Source: Paraspadella gotoi (Eukaryota > Animalia > Chaetognatha). Taken from it: DNA of 64,000 bases. The stretch is taken from the NCBI GenBank assembly GCA_051294375.1, contig CM119263.1:4172161-4236160 (forward strand), read 5' to 3'. Under the pieces are notes generated by a model. It worked only from the letters and a program-made list of their open reading frames with translations, did not search any database and was not told the DNA's origin. A program made the position numbers and the translations under genes. This document shows positions 27,990-39,475 of this stretch, piece by piece. How positions within the stretch are numbered: position 1 is the first letter of the stretch; the number at the start of each line of letters is the position of its first letter.

Positions 27990-28330
27990 TTCCATTGACC
28001 CAAAATTGCTTCCCTTTTATCCCAAGCTTTAGTCGTCGGAGGCCGTGGCGGGCCTTTGTAATCCAGCCTGATGACCGGACATCTTGGAGACATGACGCTT
28101 CGGATTCCCTGAGACCGTCGTCCTCTGGGACGCCAGCGATTACATCCGCCAAGGGGCGTCCCCAAGCAGAGTGCGTCGACCCGCCGGCCACCGGGTGGTC
28201 GAGGTTCCATCTGGTCGTTCGCACCGCCGGGGCATTGTACACTTTCAAGGTGGCGCTCCGGTGTTGCTTGAATCTGCCCTTTCCCGTTGCAGTTTGGGGG
28301 TCGATGTGTCAATATCGGGTTGACGTTGTC
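27990..28330 (-). mobile_element. Probable 3'-end fragment of an RTE/CR1-type LINE ORF2
   Basis: An isolated GC-rich island whose minus frame reads WGRPLADVIAGVPEDDGLRESEASCLQDVRSSGWITKARHGLRR. This resembles the GRP..W.D.I..D.GL...A..LAQDR..W C-terminus of non-LTR RT ORFs. Confidence 0.45.
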
Positions 28331-28720
28331 CTTTTGCTTTTTTGAAAATGGGAAGGAGTTCGAAATGGGATACGAATAAAGTTTTAAAAAAGGGTTTTAA
28401 TACCTATATGTACAACTTTGCAACGATTTTAAAACCATTTACGATTTTCGAAATTTGAAAAAAAAAATATTCGTACGTGCTTTCTGATAAAATTTGAAAT
28501 ATTCCTGGTGAATCGTTGAGCGTGAAATTCACGACCGCGTCCTTCACAAACCCATTTATGTCGTCGAGAATCCGAAATATCTGGAACGCAAATCGAAATC
28601 ACAACAACTACGACAACGAGGACAACAACAACAACGACGCCGGGCGTGACGGATCGATAGCGAGCTCGACGCTTTATCTTGAAGGGAGGCGCCTCGGAGA
28701 CACCGCTATCAGTTCATGAA

Positions 28721-28778
<58 letters not shown>

Positions 28779-29201
28779 AGAGAGAGAGAAGAGAAGAGAG
28801 AGAGAGAGAGAGAAGAGAAGAGAGAGAAGAGAGGAGATAAAGAGAGAGAGAATGTTTACTCGTCGACAATAAACGCGTCACAGTAAAAACAAATAATCTC
28901 ATTTTCTTCTAAAATTTTTCTCCATTCGAGTCAAAGTCGTTGGGAGTAAAGAAGGTAAAAGAGGAGGAGGAGGAGAGAGGAGGAGGAGGAGGATAGAAGA
29001 AAAAGAAGAAGAAGAAGAAGAAGCAAGAAGAAGAAGAAGAAGAAGAAGAAGACGAAGGAGAAAGAGGAATGAGGCGAGAAGAGAGAGGAAAGTAGGCAGA
29101 ACGAAATGAGAGGAAGAAAAGGAGAGATAAAGATAAAGAAGACGATTGGAAGGAGGACGAGATAACGTAACTTGATGAGAGAGAGAGAGGAGGAGAGAGA
29201 G

Positions 29202-29247
<46 letters not shown>

Positions 29248-30554
29248 TGAGATAAGAAGGGAGGAAGAGGCGAGTGAAGAAAAAGAAAATGAGGAAAGGA
29301 AAGAAAAAATGGAATGGAAGAAGGAAAGGAAACAGGAATGGTAGGAGGAAAGGAAGGAAAGAGAGGAATAAAAGAGAAAAGAAAAGAAAGTAAGAAAGAG
29401 CAGAAGAAAATGGAAAAAGGAATGTGAGGAAAGGTACTAAAAAAAGAGGAAAGAGGAAAGACAGAAGAAATGGAAGGAAGAAATGGAGAAGGAAATGTAG
29501 GAGGAGAAGAAAAGAAAAAGAAGGAGAGGAAAGAGAAAGACAGGAATAAGAAAAGAGAAAAGGTAGAAGGAAAGAAAGTAAGAAAGAGCAAAAGAAAATG
29601 GAAAAGAAAAAGGAGGAAAACAGAGGAGGAAAGAAAAGAAATAAAAAGAGGGAAGTCGCGATGAAGATGCTCTTTTTTTTTCGATCATTTTCTTTCCTCC
29701 ACTTTACCGATCAATCATGGATGAGAATGAAGACGAGTTGATCGAATTTCGCCCTTCGCCTTTTCGTCGTCGTCGTCTTCGTCGTCGTCGTCGTCATGAA
29801 TCAATATTCATAGACGCCCGGCCTTCTCCTGACAATTCACTTTGCATCTTCTTTATCGTCCTCAATATCATAATCAAAAACATCTTTGATATCATAATCA
29901 TAATCATCCGTAATGACAGCCACAACCATTGATGATGATTTCGTGATTTTATGATCAAAGTCACGTTGCCATTTTCAACTATTATAATCACAACAGTCTG
30001 AGACTCATTCACTCTCGCCCTCATGGTCGTTCTCATTGCTTTTCATTCACAGGTGCTCTTTCTTCATTTGGGAGAAAGAGAAGAAATCAGGGAGTACTTC
30101 CCGGTCCGAAGCTGAAGCTGCTGTTGTTTCTTCTGCTGCTGTAACCCATGTCGCTGCTGTAGCTTTGGTCTCGCTACAGCTGCTGTTTCTTAAGATACTG
30201 CTACTTCTGCTGTAACTACCGCAGTTGCATCTTCTACTGCTGTTTTTGCTGTAACGGTTACTGATGATAAAAGCGCCAACGCTGCAGTGGCCGCTTGTGC
30301 TGCTCTAGCTTCTGCAGTTGTTGCACCTTGCAACTGTTGTCCTTACTGCTTTTGTCGCTTCTTCTGCTCTTACCGCTTCTGCTGCTGTTATCGCTTCCGC
30401 TGCTGTTACCGCTGCCGCCTCTGCTCCCGCTCCTACTGCTGTCGTGAGAGGCGTCGTTGAGAAGCGAAGCGAAAAAATCTTGATTTCGTTGACTTCGTTA
30501 AAAGTTTTCGAGTTGAGGAGACGAAAGATTTGGAGTGAATGGGTTTATGGCGAC

Positions 30555-30850
30555 TGTGATGGAGTGACAGTGATGGAGTGTGTGGTGACACTGTGATGGA
30601 GTGGGAGGTGACAATGTGAGGAGTGTGAGGTGACACTGTGATGGAGTGTGAGGTGACTCTGTGATGTAGTGTGGGGGGACACTGTGATGGAGTGTGTGGT
30701 GACACTGTGATGGAGTGTGAGGTGACCCAGTGATGGAGTGTAGGGTGACATTGTGATGTATTGGGCAGTGATTGGTTTGGGGGTGACAGAGAAGGAGTGT
30801 GAGGTGACACTGTGAAGAAGTGTGAGGTGACATTGTTATAGAGTGAAGAG
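30555..30850. repeat. ~23-bp minisatellite
   Basis: Unit GTGACACTGTGATGGAGTGTGAG with variants. Confidence 0.85.
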
Positions 30851-31261
30851 TGATTTGATTGGGGGATGACAGAGATTAGTTGAGGAATGACGATAGTGAT
30901 AGCAGTGAATGTGATATCGACTTGCCGGTGAGTGATGATATTTTCAGTGAAAGTGATTGTGGTGGCGCGTCGAAAATTGCTGCTTCATGATTGTTAGAGG
31001 GACTAATCAATAAAAAATGAAGTAGTTATTTTCTGCTCTTACTCCTTTATTTATATAATTTCCTATTATTTTGTAATACATTTTAGTGCATATTTACATA
31101 CTTTTCTATTTTCTCTCTCTTACTCTCTTTCTCTCTCTCTTGTTTCCTGTCAAAACAATGGGAGAATCAAAAGTCGATGTTTCCGGTCGATGTTTCTCTT
31201 TGTTTCTTTTTGTTTCGGATTCACTTTTTGTTTTCTCAATGACAAAAAATCGATTCTCTGT

Positions 31262-31315
<54 letters not shown>

Positions 31316-32362
31316 GGCATTATTTTCTCAAGGTCGGCGTTGGAGTAAAATTACAAGACTTGAATAAAGCTGGGAATTTATATTTCTTCCCATATTAAGA
31401 TCCGGGTCAGATATGCTTTAAACTTGTGACAGCATCTTCTTTTAACCCCCCCCCCAAAGTTATTTTTTGTGTTGACTTAAGGGATACAAGATGAAGCTTC
31501 GGTATTTCCATTAATATACGGAATTTTAAGCGGTTTTTTTTTTCCTACTACAAGCGGTTTCCTGTTACATCCGGAAAATACATCAATCATCACTCGAATT
31601 TTGAAAATTTTCGCTTTAAGCATTTCTCAAAAATTTGGGCTTCGACTCGAAGACAGCAGCTTTATAGAGGAATAAAAATCGTTGAAGGATTTTTTATCCT
31701 CGTTTTATGTTTTTGTTTGGGGGAGGAAATTTGATCTCACGAAGCGGAATCATGAGTTCATGCGGTAAGAAGTTTGCCAAATGGAGTTGTTTTGGCCAAG
31801 GAACTCCTTCTAAAGTTATAAAGTATGATGATTATATAAAACTATAGATTGTAGACTAGGGTGAAGTGAAAGTTTAGAATCAAAATTTAATAGTTATATC
31901 TTGAAAAACTATCATATTAAGGAATACTAATCTTTAATTATTTTTCTTTTTTTACAAATATAATAGCCCAGTCAGCTTAATTTGTATATAGTACTAACCT
32001 TATATAATGTCAGAAGTAAAATTTAATATTGAAAAAATTTGTATTTTGAAAGTTTAGCCTATTATATACTTATAAATATAGCTCACTGGTGCCCACTAAT
32101 GTATAAATTTTTTTTAAAAATTCAGCAAAGTATTTTAGTTTTTTTTTCATGTTCTATATGCTAAATTTTAATTATATAGAATTGTATTATTTTCACATCA
32201 CCCTATCGTAGACTATATTTTCTCTTCATGGTCTTTTTTTTCCTTCCAAGGCTTTTGATATCCTCTTCCGCTTCTTTCTCTATAAATGGCCTTCATTTTC
32301 CCCCCAGTCTCGATCTCTCTTTTTTTTTTTTCATTTCATTATTTTCTCTTTCCATCTTTTTC

Positions 32363-32670
32363 TCCCATTGCCTTCCCTTTCTGTCACATTCTTTTTCCAT
32401 CATCTTCCTTTATTGCATTCTACCATTGCATTCTACCATTGCCTTCCCTTTCTGTCACATTCTTTTTCCATCATCTTCCTCTATTGTATTCTACCATTGC
32501 ATTCTACCATTGCCTTCCTTTTCTGTCACATTCTTTTTCCATCATCTTCCTCTATTGCATTCTACCATTGCATTCTACCATTGCCTTCCCTTTCTGTCAC
32601 ATTCTTTTTCCATCATCTTCCTCTATTGCATTCTCCCATTGCATTCTCCCATTGCATTCTATCATTGCCT
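32363..32670. repeat. 71-bp tandem repeat, ~4 copies
   Basis: TTGCCTTCC recurs at 32368, 32439, 32510 and 32581. It is followed by a degenerate 12-bp CCATG-based repeat at ~32780-33150. Confidence 0.9.
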
Positions 32671-33669
32671 TCTATTTCATTTCCTTCTTTCATTTCCTTC
32701 TCCTTATAATCTCTCTTCCTTACATTGCCATCGACAATCAACTCTCATTGCTCGTCTACTTCCTCGTTCTCTTTCATTGTCGCCTTCCATGTTTCTTTAA
32801 ATATCTCCTCCCATGTATCCTTCCATATCTCCCGCCATGCCTCCTTTCATGCTTCTCCCATGTCACGTAAAATTGCATCCTTTCGTGTCATCTTCCAAGC
32901 CTTTTCCCATGTCTCCTCCCATTTCAGCTCTCATGACTCTATCCATGTCAGCTCTATTGTTACCTTCCATGCGTCTTTCCCTGCCTCTTCCCATGCCTTC
33001 TCCCATGTCACCTCCCTTATCTCCTTCCATGTTTGCCTCCATGCCTCCTTTCATGATGCCTTATATACCTCCCCCATGTCAAGTCCCATTGCCACCTTCC
33101 ATGTCACCTCCCATGCCACTTTCCATGCCTCTTGCCATGTCCCCATCCACGGTCTTTCGTTCCTCCTTCCCCGCGTCGTTAAGTCGGTTTAACGCGTCAC
33201 CGAACTGGAAGAAGCAAGAATGTCGTGGCCTCACATCCTGCTCATCAGTTCCCTCCTCTTTTTCGTCGTCGTCGTCGTCGTCGTCGTCATCGTCGCCGCT
33301 GTCTTCGTTTTCGTCGTTTTCATCATCGTTGTCGTCGTCCATTTTGTCGTCGTCGTCGTTATTGTCTTCGTTTCCGTCGCTTTAATCGTCGTCGTTTTCG
33401 TTTTAGTTGTCGTCTTTCGGGCTAATGTTTTGTTGTTGTTGTTGTTGTTGCTGTCGTCGTCGTCGTCGTTTGTGCTCGACAAATGTTTTTGACTAACGAG
33501 AAGAGACGTTAAACAAATAACCCTTTTTTTCTTTTTTTTTCAGAAATAACCAGAAATAAAATTATTAGACTCACCTAAGGCTAAGGCTTTTTTAACAAAT
33601 CGTGACGGGAGAGAAATAAAATAAATTATTTAAACAATATTTACGTTTGTTCGATTAAAATTTAATCAT

Positions 33670-33760
<91 letters not shown>

Positions 33761-34613
33761 GTGAGTGAAAGAGAATAAAAATTATCAAGTTACTTTTCCT
33801 GGAACGGACTAGCGCATATGAGCAAACAAAATGTTACTTGGATAAGAAATTCCATAAATTTTTGAGATCCTCAAAACATGGAACCAATGCGGAGCGAAGA
33901 TTTTGGGTCCAAAAAATGAGGAGGTTGAAATAGATGGTCACCATGGAAACGGTTTACGCTGGAGAGTAAACAAACCGAAAAAAAATGGCAAAAAGACTCG
34001 AGGCGGAGAAATATTGACTCTCGTTTTTGTGAGAGAGAAAAGAATAAAGAGGGAGAAGATGGAGGCAATATTTGTTTTGTGATAAAGAATTACTAACATT
34101 AAATTATTAAATTGTAATAGTTTTAATTGATTTTAAATTTAATCAAATATTTCGAATATATGTTGCATATTTGAATTTATAGAGAAAAACAACGTTACTG
34201 TCTATTGCATTCGGTGTTAATTTCGTTTTGGTTATTAATAAAAAAAATTGAGAAAAAAAGTTTTTATTTGTTAAAAACTTAAAATAAAACGGAGTTCCCA
34301 AACTATATCTTGAGAGCGTCTTGATTGCGAGGTGGTAGGGTTTTACTTTGTAAGAGTGACGCCGGACTTAATCCCACAAAGCATATCTAAAATCCGGAAG
34401 CGAGATCAAGATGAATGATTTGATGAATGAATGATAATGATATTTTAAAACTAAATAATTAAGACTACTACAATATTTACAATTTTCGTCTTTAAACCGA
34501 GTTTTTCCCGCTCCCACTCTTTCCCTCTTTTCTCCCTCGCTCCCCCCACCCCCCCCATTCTCTTTCCCTTCCCCCCCCTTTATTTTTGCGCAGGAATTTA
34601 ATCAGCTCGGAAA

Positions 34614-37600
34614 ATGGCGGCATTCGTAGCAAAGCAAATGGTTGGCAATCAGTTGAGCAGCGTGAAAGGTAAGTAAAGAGGGCGAAGAAGAATAGAAAGG
34701 GGGGTGAAGAGAGGGGGAGGTGAGATGTGATTAGTTCCTCCGGGGAAAAGTCACCGGGGGTGTGTATTATTCTTTTTAGGTAATTAAAAAGTTAAAAATT
34801 TAATTTTTGAAAAAAGGAAATGAAAAATAAAATAATAATATACGCCGCTAGTAACTTATCTCAGGAAGAAATATTGAACGAGATAGAGTGAGAGAGAGAG
34901 ATACAGATATTTATTTACGCCTCTCCGTTAAGGAATATCTTTAAACAGTTAACAAATTTGGTTCTATTGGGTCAAATTTAAATCTTAATTATACCTAGAG
35001 GCGAAAATCAAATATCTTTGGGTTTAATCCATTTTTTCCTCTGTTTGGAGAAAAACAAGCTTTGATTATTACATGAAGCTAATTACTATTCAAATATTGA
35101 CAAACGTTCAGTGCCGAAATAGCAAGGAAGAGTAATTTTAATAATGAATTATATATATATATAAGTATATACATTGAGGACTGAAATTTTTCTCATTGCC
35201 AGCTCTTCGGCACAGTGACGTAATAAAACAACTCATATCAATCATAAATTATCATTTAATTAATTACATGACATAAACCGTGAGAGGGATTTTAGAAGTC
35301 GTACTTTAAATCCCCAACTTAAGGGAGACCAATGATATTCTATTTTTAGAAATGTTTATCTTCCCCCTTCCCTCTCCCCTTAACCCCGCTCCCGCTGGCG
35401 TATTTATAAATTGGTTTGTATCCTATCAGAATTTTTATAACAAACTTAAGTTTGGACTTTAAAATTCTCGCGATCTAATTTTTTTTCCGTCATTTAGTCC
35501 TTTTTCACGCAAGAGGAAACAAACTTGTATACGTTCATTGTAAAAAAAAAAAGAACAAAACCCAACAAATTCGAAAAAAAAAGAAAAAAATAGTTTTTTG
35601 ATATTTGATCGACGTTCTCTCAAACAAGAGGCAGCAAAATGATGGGAATGATGGGCATGGGGGGCATGGGAAGCATGGCAGGTGAGACATGGGAGTTTAT
35701 AGCAATGTCATGATCACGTAATTATGTCAAGATCAATGTCATTATCACGTTATATCCCGTCATGGTCGATGTCATTATCACGTAATCATGTCATTTTTTT
35801 TGTCACCTCAATCCAGTGGGGGGGAGGGATAATTCAGAATACTCATTTGTTTCCCTTACAATAATGATTTATATATTAATTAAAAGAAAAGGGCAAAAAT
35901 GAAATTAAACCGGTATCTCTATCTGTATAGCCCATTAAAATTAATTTTACCATAAAAAAAATGTAATGGTCATGCCCTTTTCAGAGTCAAACTAATCTTT
36001 CTATATTCTAAATTGTGTATATATCTATAGCATTCGATGACTTTGATATTCGTGAGCGCGTCAGCTACTAGATCAATATGAATATCCAATTGATATTTTT
36101 TAATGGTGGTGTTTCTTTTGCTGACAGCAAGATAAGACATATGAAACGCCTATACATCACGATTTATATAACGTGCGATCGTACATTAAATACTAAATAG
36201 TTCACAATTTATATATTTGATATAAATACTACGCTTAAGATAGATATTAGTCTTAACAAAGGCATATAATCTGTATTGTCTCAATAATATTTTTTTTCTC
36301 AATTTTTTTTTTCATAAATCGATTTTTTGCATGCGTTATTAAGATTTCAAGGTAGTTTTTTGATAAAACATAATAAAATGATTTTTTTTAAAGGAAATGT
36401 ATCTAGGGAATAAAAATATGGACAGACGGAAAAGGAGTTTTTTTTTTTTTTTTTTTTTTTTACGCATGAAATGCATTTTGTACGAATTCCGCTCGATAAC
36501 TCAAAATGATTACCTAACGAAAAAAAAGTTGTGCTTGCGTTACCGGCCAATAACGCTTTGATTGCAAATCAACTCGGATTCTGTCACAACCAAGCAAAGT
36601 CACTAGCACTCATTGCAAGCTTCCTGTTATGGCCTAAGCCTGGACATTAGGACATAATCTTTCACACGGAATGTCAAATCAAAAATCTCTTGCTTTGTCT
36701 TCGAGAAGAGGAAGCCAATAGGATAATTATTTTGTATTTTTAACGATAATATTTAAATAATAAATAGAGTCCGCTTTCGCTTCTCAAATATCCGTCGAGG
36801 AGACAAACCAAAAAAAAAAAAAACCACTGATAAAAAAATTTAAAGGAGATCTCTGACAAAGTTATCACAAAGTTGTCACAAAGACGAAGCCGGAAAAATC
36901 ACCGAGCGTCACAATTCGTCTCTAGTGAATTCAGTCCCAAGTTTTTCTTTTCGTATCCTTTAACTTTTTTTAGACTTTGTCACATCAAAGCACAAAAAAA
37001 ACGAAGTGAAATATTTCTCAGGTGCAAAGAAAAAAAGAATAAAAAATGATAATCCAGTACGAAGAGATTAACTTTTCGGTTTTTCCTTCACGAAAGAATC
37101 ATTCTTTCTTCTTTCGTTCAATACGACTCGTTTTTTTCCCCCTTTCCTCCTCTTTCTCCTTGCTTCCCTTTTCTTTTTCCTCTTCCTCCACCATCCTTTC
37201 CTCCCTCTTTCTTTCTTTACCTCCCTTCCTCCCTCCTTCCTTCCTTCCCTTTTTCTTTCCCTCTTCCTCTACTCTCCGTTCCTCCCTCTTTCCTTCCTTT
37301 CCTCCCCCCTCCTTCTTCCCTTTTATTTTCCCTCTTCCTCCACCATCCTTTCCTCCCTCTTTCCTTTCTTTCCTCCCTTCCTCCCTCCTTCCTTCCTTCC
37401 ATTTTCCTTTCCCTCTTCCTCCACCATCCTTTCCTTCCTCTTTCCTTCCTCTCCTCCCTCCCTCCTTCCTTCCCTTTTCCCTCTTCTTCCACCCTCCCTC
37501 TTCCCTTCCTTTCCTCCCTTCCTCCATCTACCCCTCCCTCCCCTTTCCTCCCTCTTCAAGGTGCGATGCCGGGAGGAGGAGACGATGGAGGAAAGAAGGA

Positions 37601-37930
37601 GAAGACGGAGGAAGAGTTGGAGGCTGAGAGAGAGTTGGAGGAGGCGAGGAGAGAGGCGGAGGAAGCGAGGGTCAGGAAGCACGAAAAGTTCGAGGCGGAG
37701 CGCGAAGGAATGCGCCAGGGAATCAGGGACAAGGTAAGTGGACGCTGGGTGAGGAAAGTGGTCAGGGAAATAGGGTGAGGTCGGTCGAGTTGGCTTTTTT
37801 GGGAAAAGGGGGGGAAAAGGTAAGGCGTTTGAGAGAAAGAGTGAGAGGAAATGGGAAATAAGGGTAAGTGATGATGAAGACGGACGGCGGTTTTAGGAAA
37901 AGCCGGAAAATAATTAAGATTTGGGAGGGA

Positions 37931-37968
<38 letters not shown>

Positions 37969-39426
37969 GAGAGATTTATGATTATATAAAAAAAGAAAGA
38001 ATATAAATGAATATTAAAAAAAAGAAAATTGGGTCGAAGTTGAGGAAAGGAAAAAAATAGGAAAAAGAGAGAAAAAAGAGGGAAAAGGAGAAAAAAAGAA
38101 AGAAAAAATCAGGAAAATCAGAAAAAAAAGGGAAAAAAGAAGGAAATAAGAGGAAAAAAGAGGAAAAAAGGGAAAAAAAGGGAAAATATGGGAGAATCTA
38201 AAAATAAAAGAAGGATTCTGGGTTAAAAAGTTACAAAATACTAAAGGGTATTAATAGTAAATGTCACATGTGCCATGTATATAATAAATTAAAGTTTGCT
38301 AAAATATCTCGCTTTTTTTTAAGTAACTTTTTAAATAAATGTGGCTTTTACCGTGTAACAATGTTAAGACCATTTTACAATGTTTATGCAAACTTGTCCT
38401 AATTTTAAAATAACTTAGTACATAGTACATATTAGTGAATAAAACTTTGGTCCAGATAAGATTGAGAATCCCATCCCAATGTTTTTTTCTTATGAGAGAG
38501 AAATTGAAAAAAAGATATGGCGAAGGTAAGACGTGACTGAGTGATTCTTAGCTTAGGTGGTGAGCATTAATCATTAAGCTAACGATCATTAACTCTTCAC
38601 AGAAGGAAAAGTCAGAAGTCTGGAGTCTAGAAACCGAGAAGTATTATTCTCTCTCGACGAAAATCGACGAGGGATCGATAAAAGAGATAGAAAGAGATAA
38701 ATAGAAAGAGGGACAGAAGAAAGGAGTTATAGAAAGAAAGAAAGAATGTAAGGAGCACAAGAACGGTCCTTCAGCGCAGTGACTTTTTACATGTATTTCC
38801 GAGTGATCAAGATATGTATAATAATCGTTCAATTATTCATAAAATATCTGCATAGTTTCAACTAAAACAACAAAATATTACGCGAAATATATTCTTTGTG
38901 ATAACGAGACCGTAGTTCTGCATAGTATAAAACATGCAAAACAATCATTTACAGATACTGCCAAGTATTAATTTAAATACCTGTGTTTCATGTGTTATGC
39001 TATGTTAAATTTGAGTATGGTACCTTACCTTCCTACCAATTGTGAATTAAATTGACGAAGCTATAAACCTGTTTAATATAAGTGAGTATTAAACTAAACT
39101 GAACCAAACTAAACTAAATGAACTAAATGAAGAGAAATATATAAAAATGTGAAGTCGCTTCTGGCGTCGCTAACGGAGAAAGATCGAGAAAATGAGAAAA
39201 GAAAAAAATTATATCGTTTGATTCATGATGTTCGGTTCTATGAGGAAGAGGAGGAGGAAGAGGAGGAGGAAGAGGAGGAGGTTTTGTCATGGTTGTCATC
39301 TATATTGTCGCTGTCCTCGTCGTCGTCATCATTGTTGTCGTCGTCGAATGTCCACTGGGATTGCGACGACGTCAGGTCAACAATCTTACCTCTCAGGTTT
39401 ATTGTCACCGTGGGGAAATATTTAAA

Positions 39427-39475
<49 letters not shown>

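Noticed and set aside
30110-30460. Ala/Val/Ser-rich coding-like stretch
   Set aside because: It is a degenerate (GCT)n repeat with frame breaks and no consistent exon boundaries.
32228-33385. 150-190-aa hydrophobic or Pro/Met-rich ORFs
   Set aside because: They are translations of the 71-bp and 12-bp tandem repeats, open in all frames.
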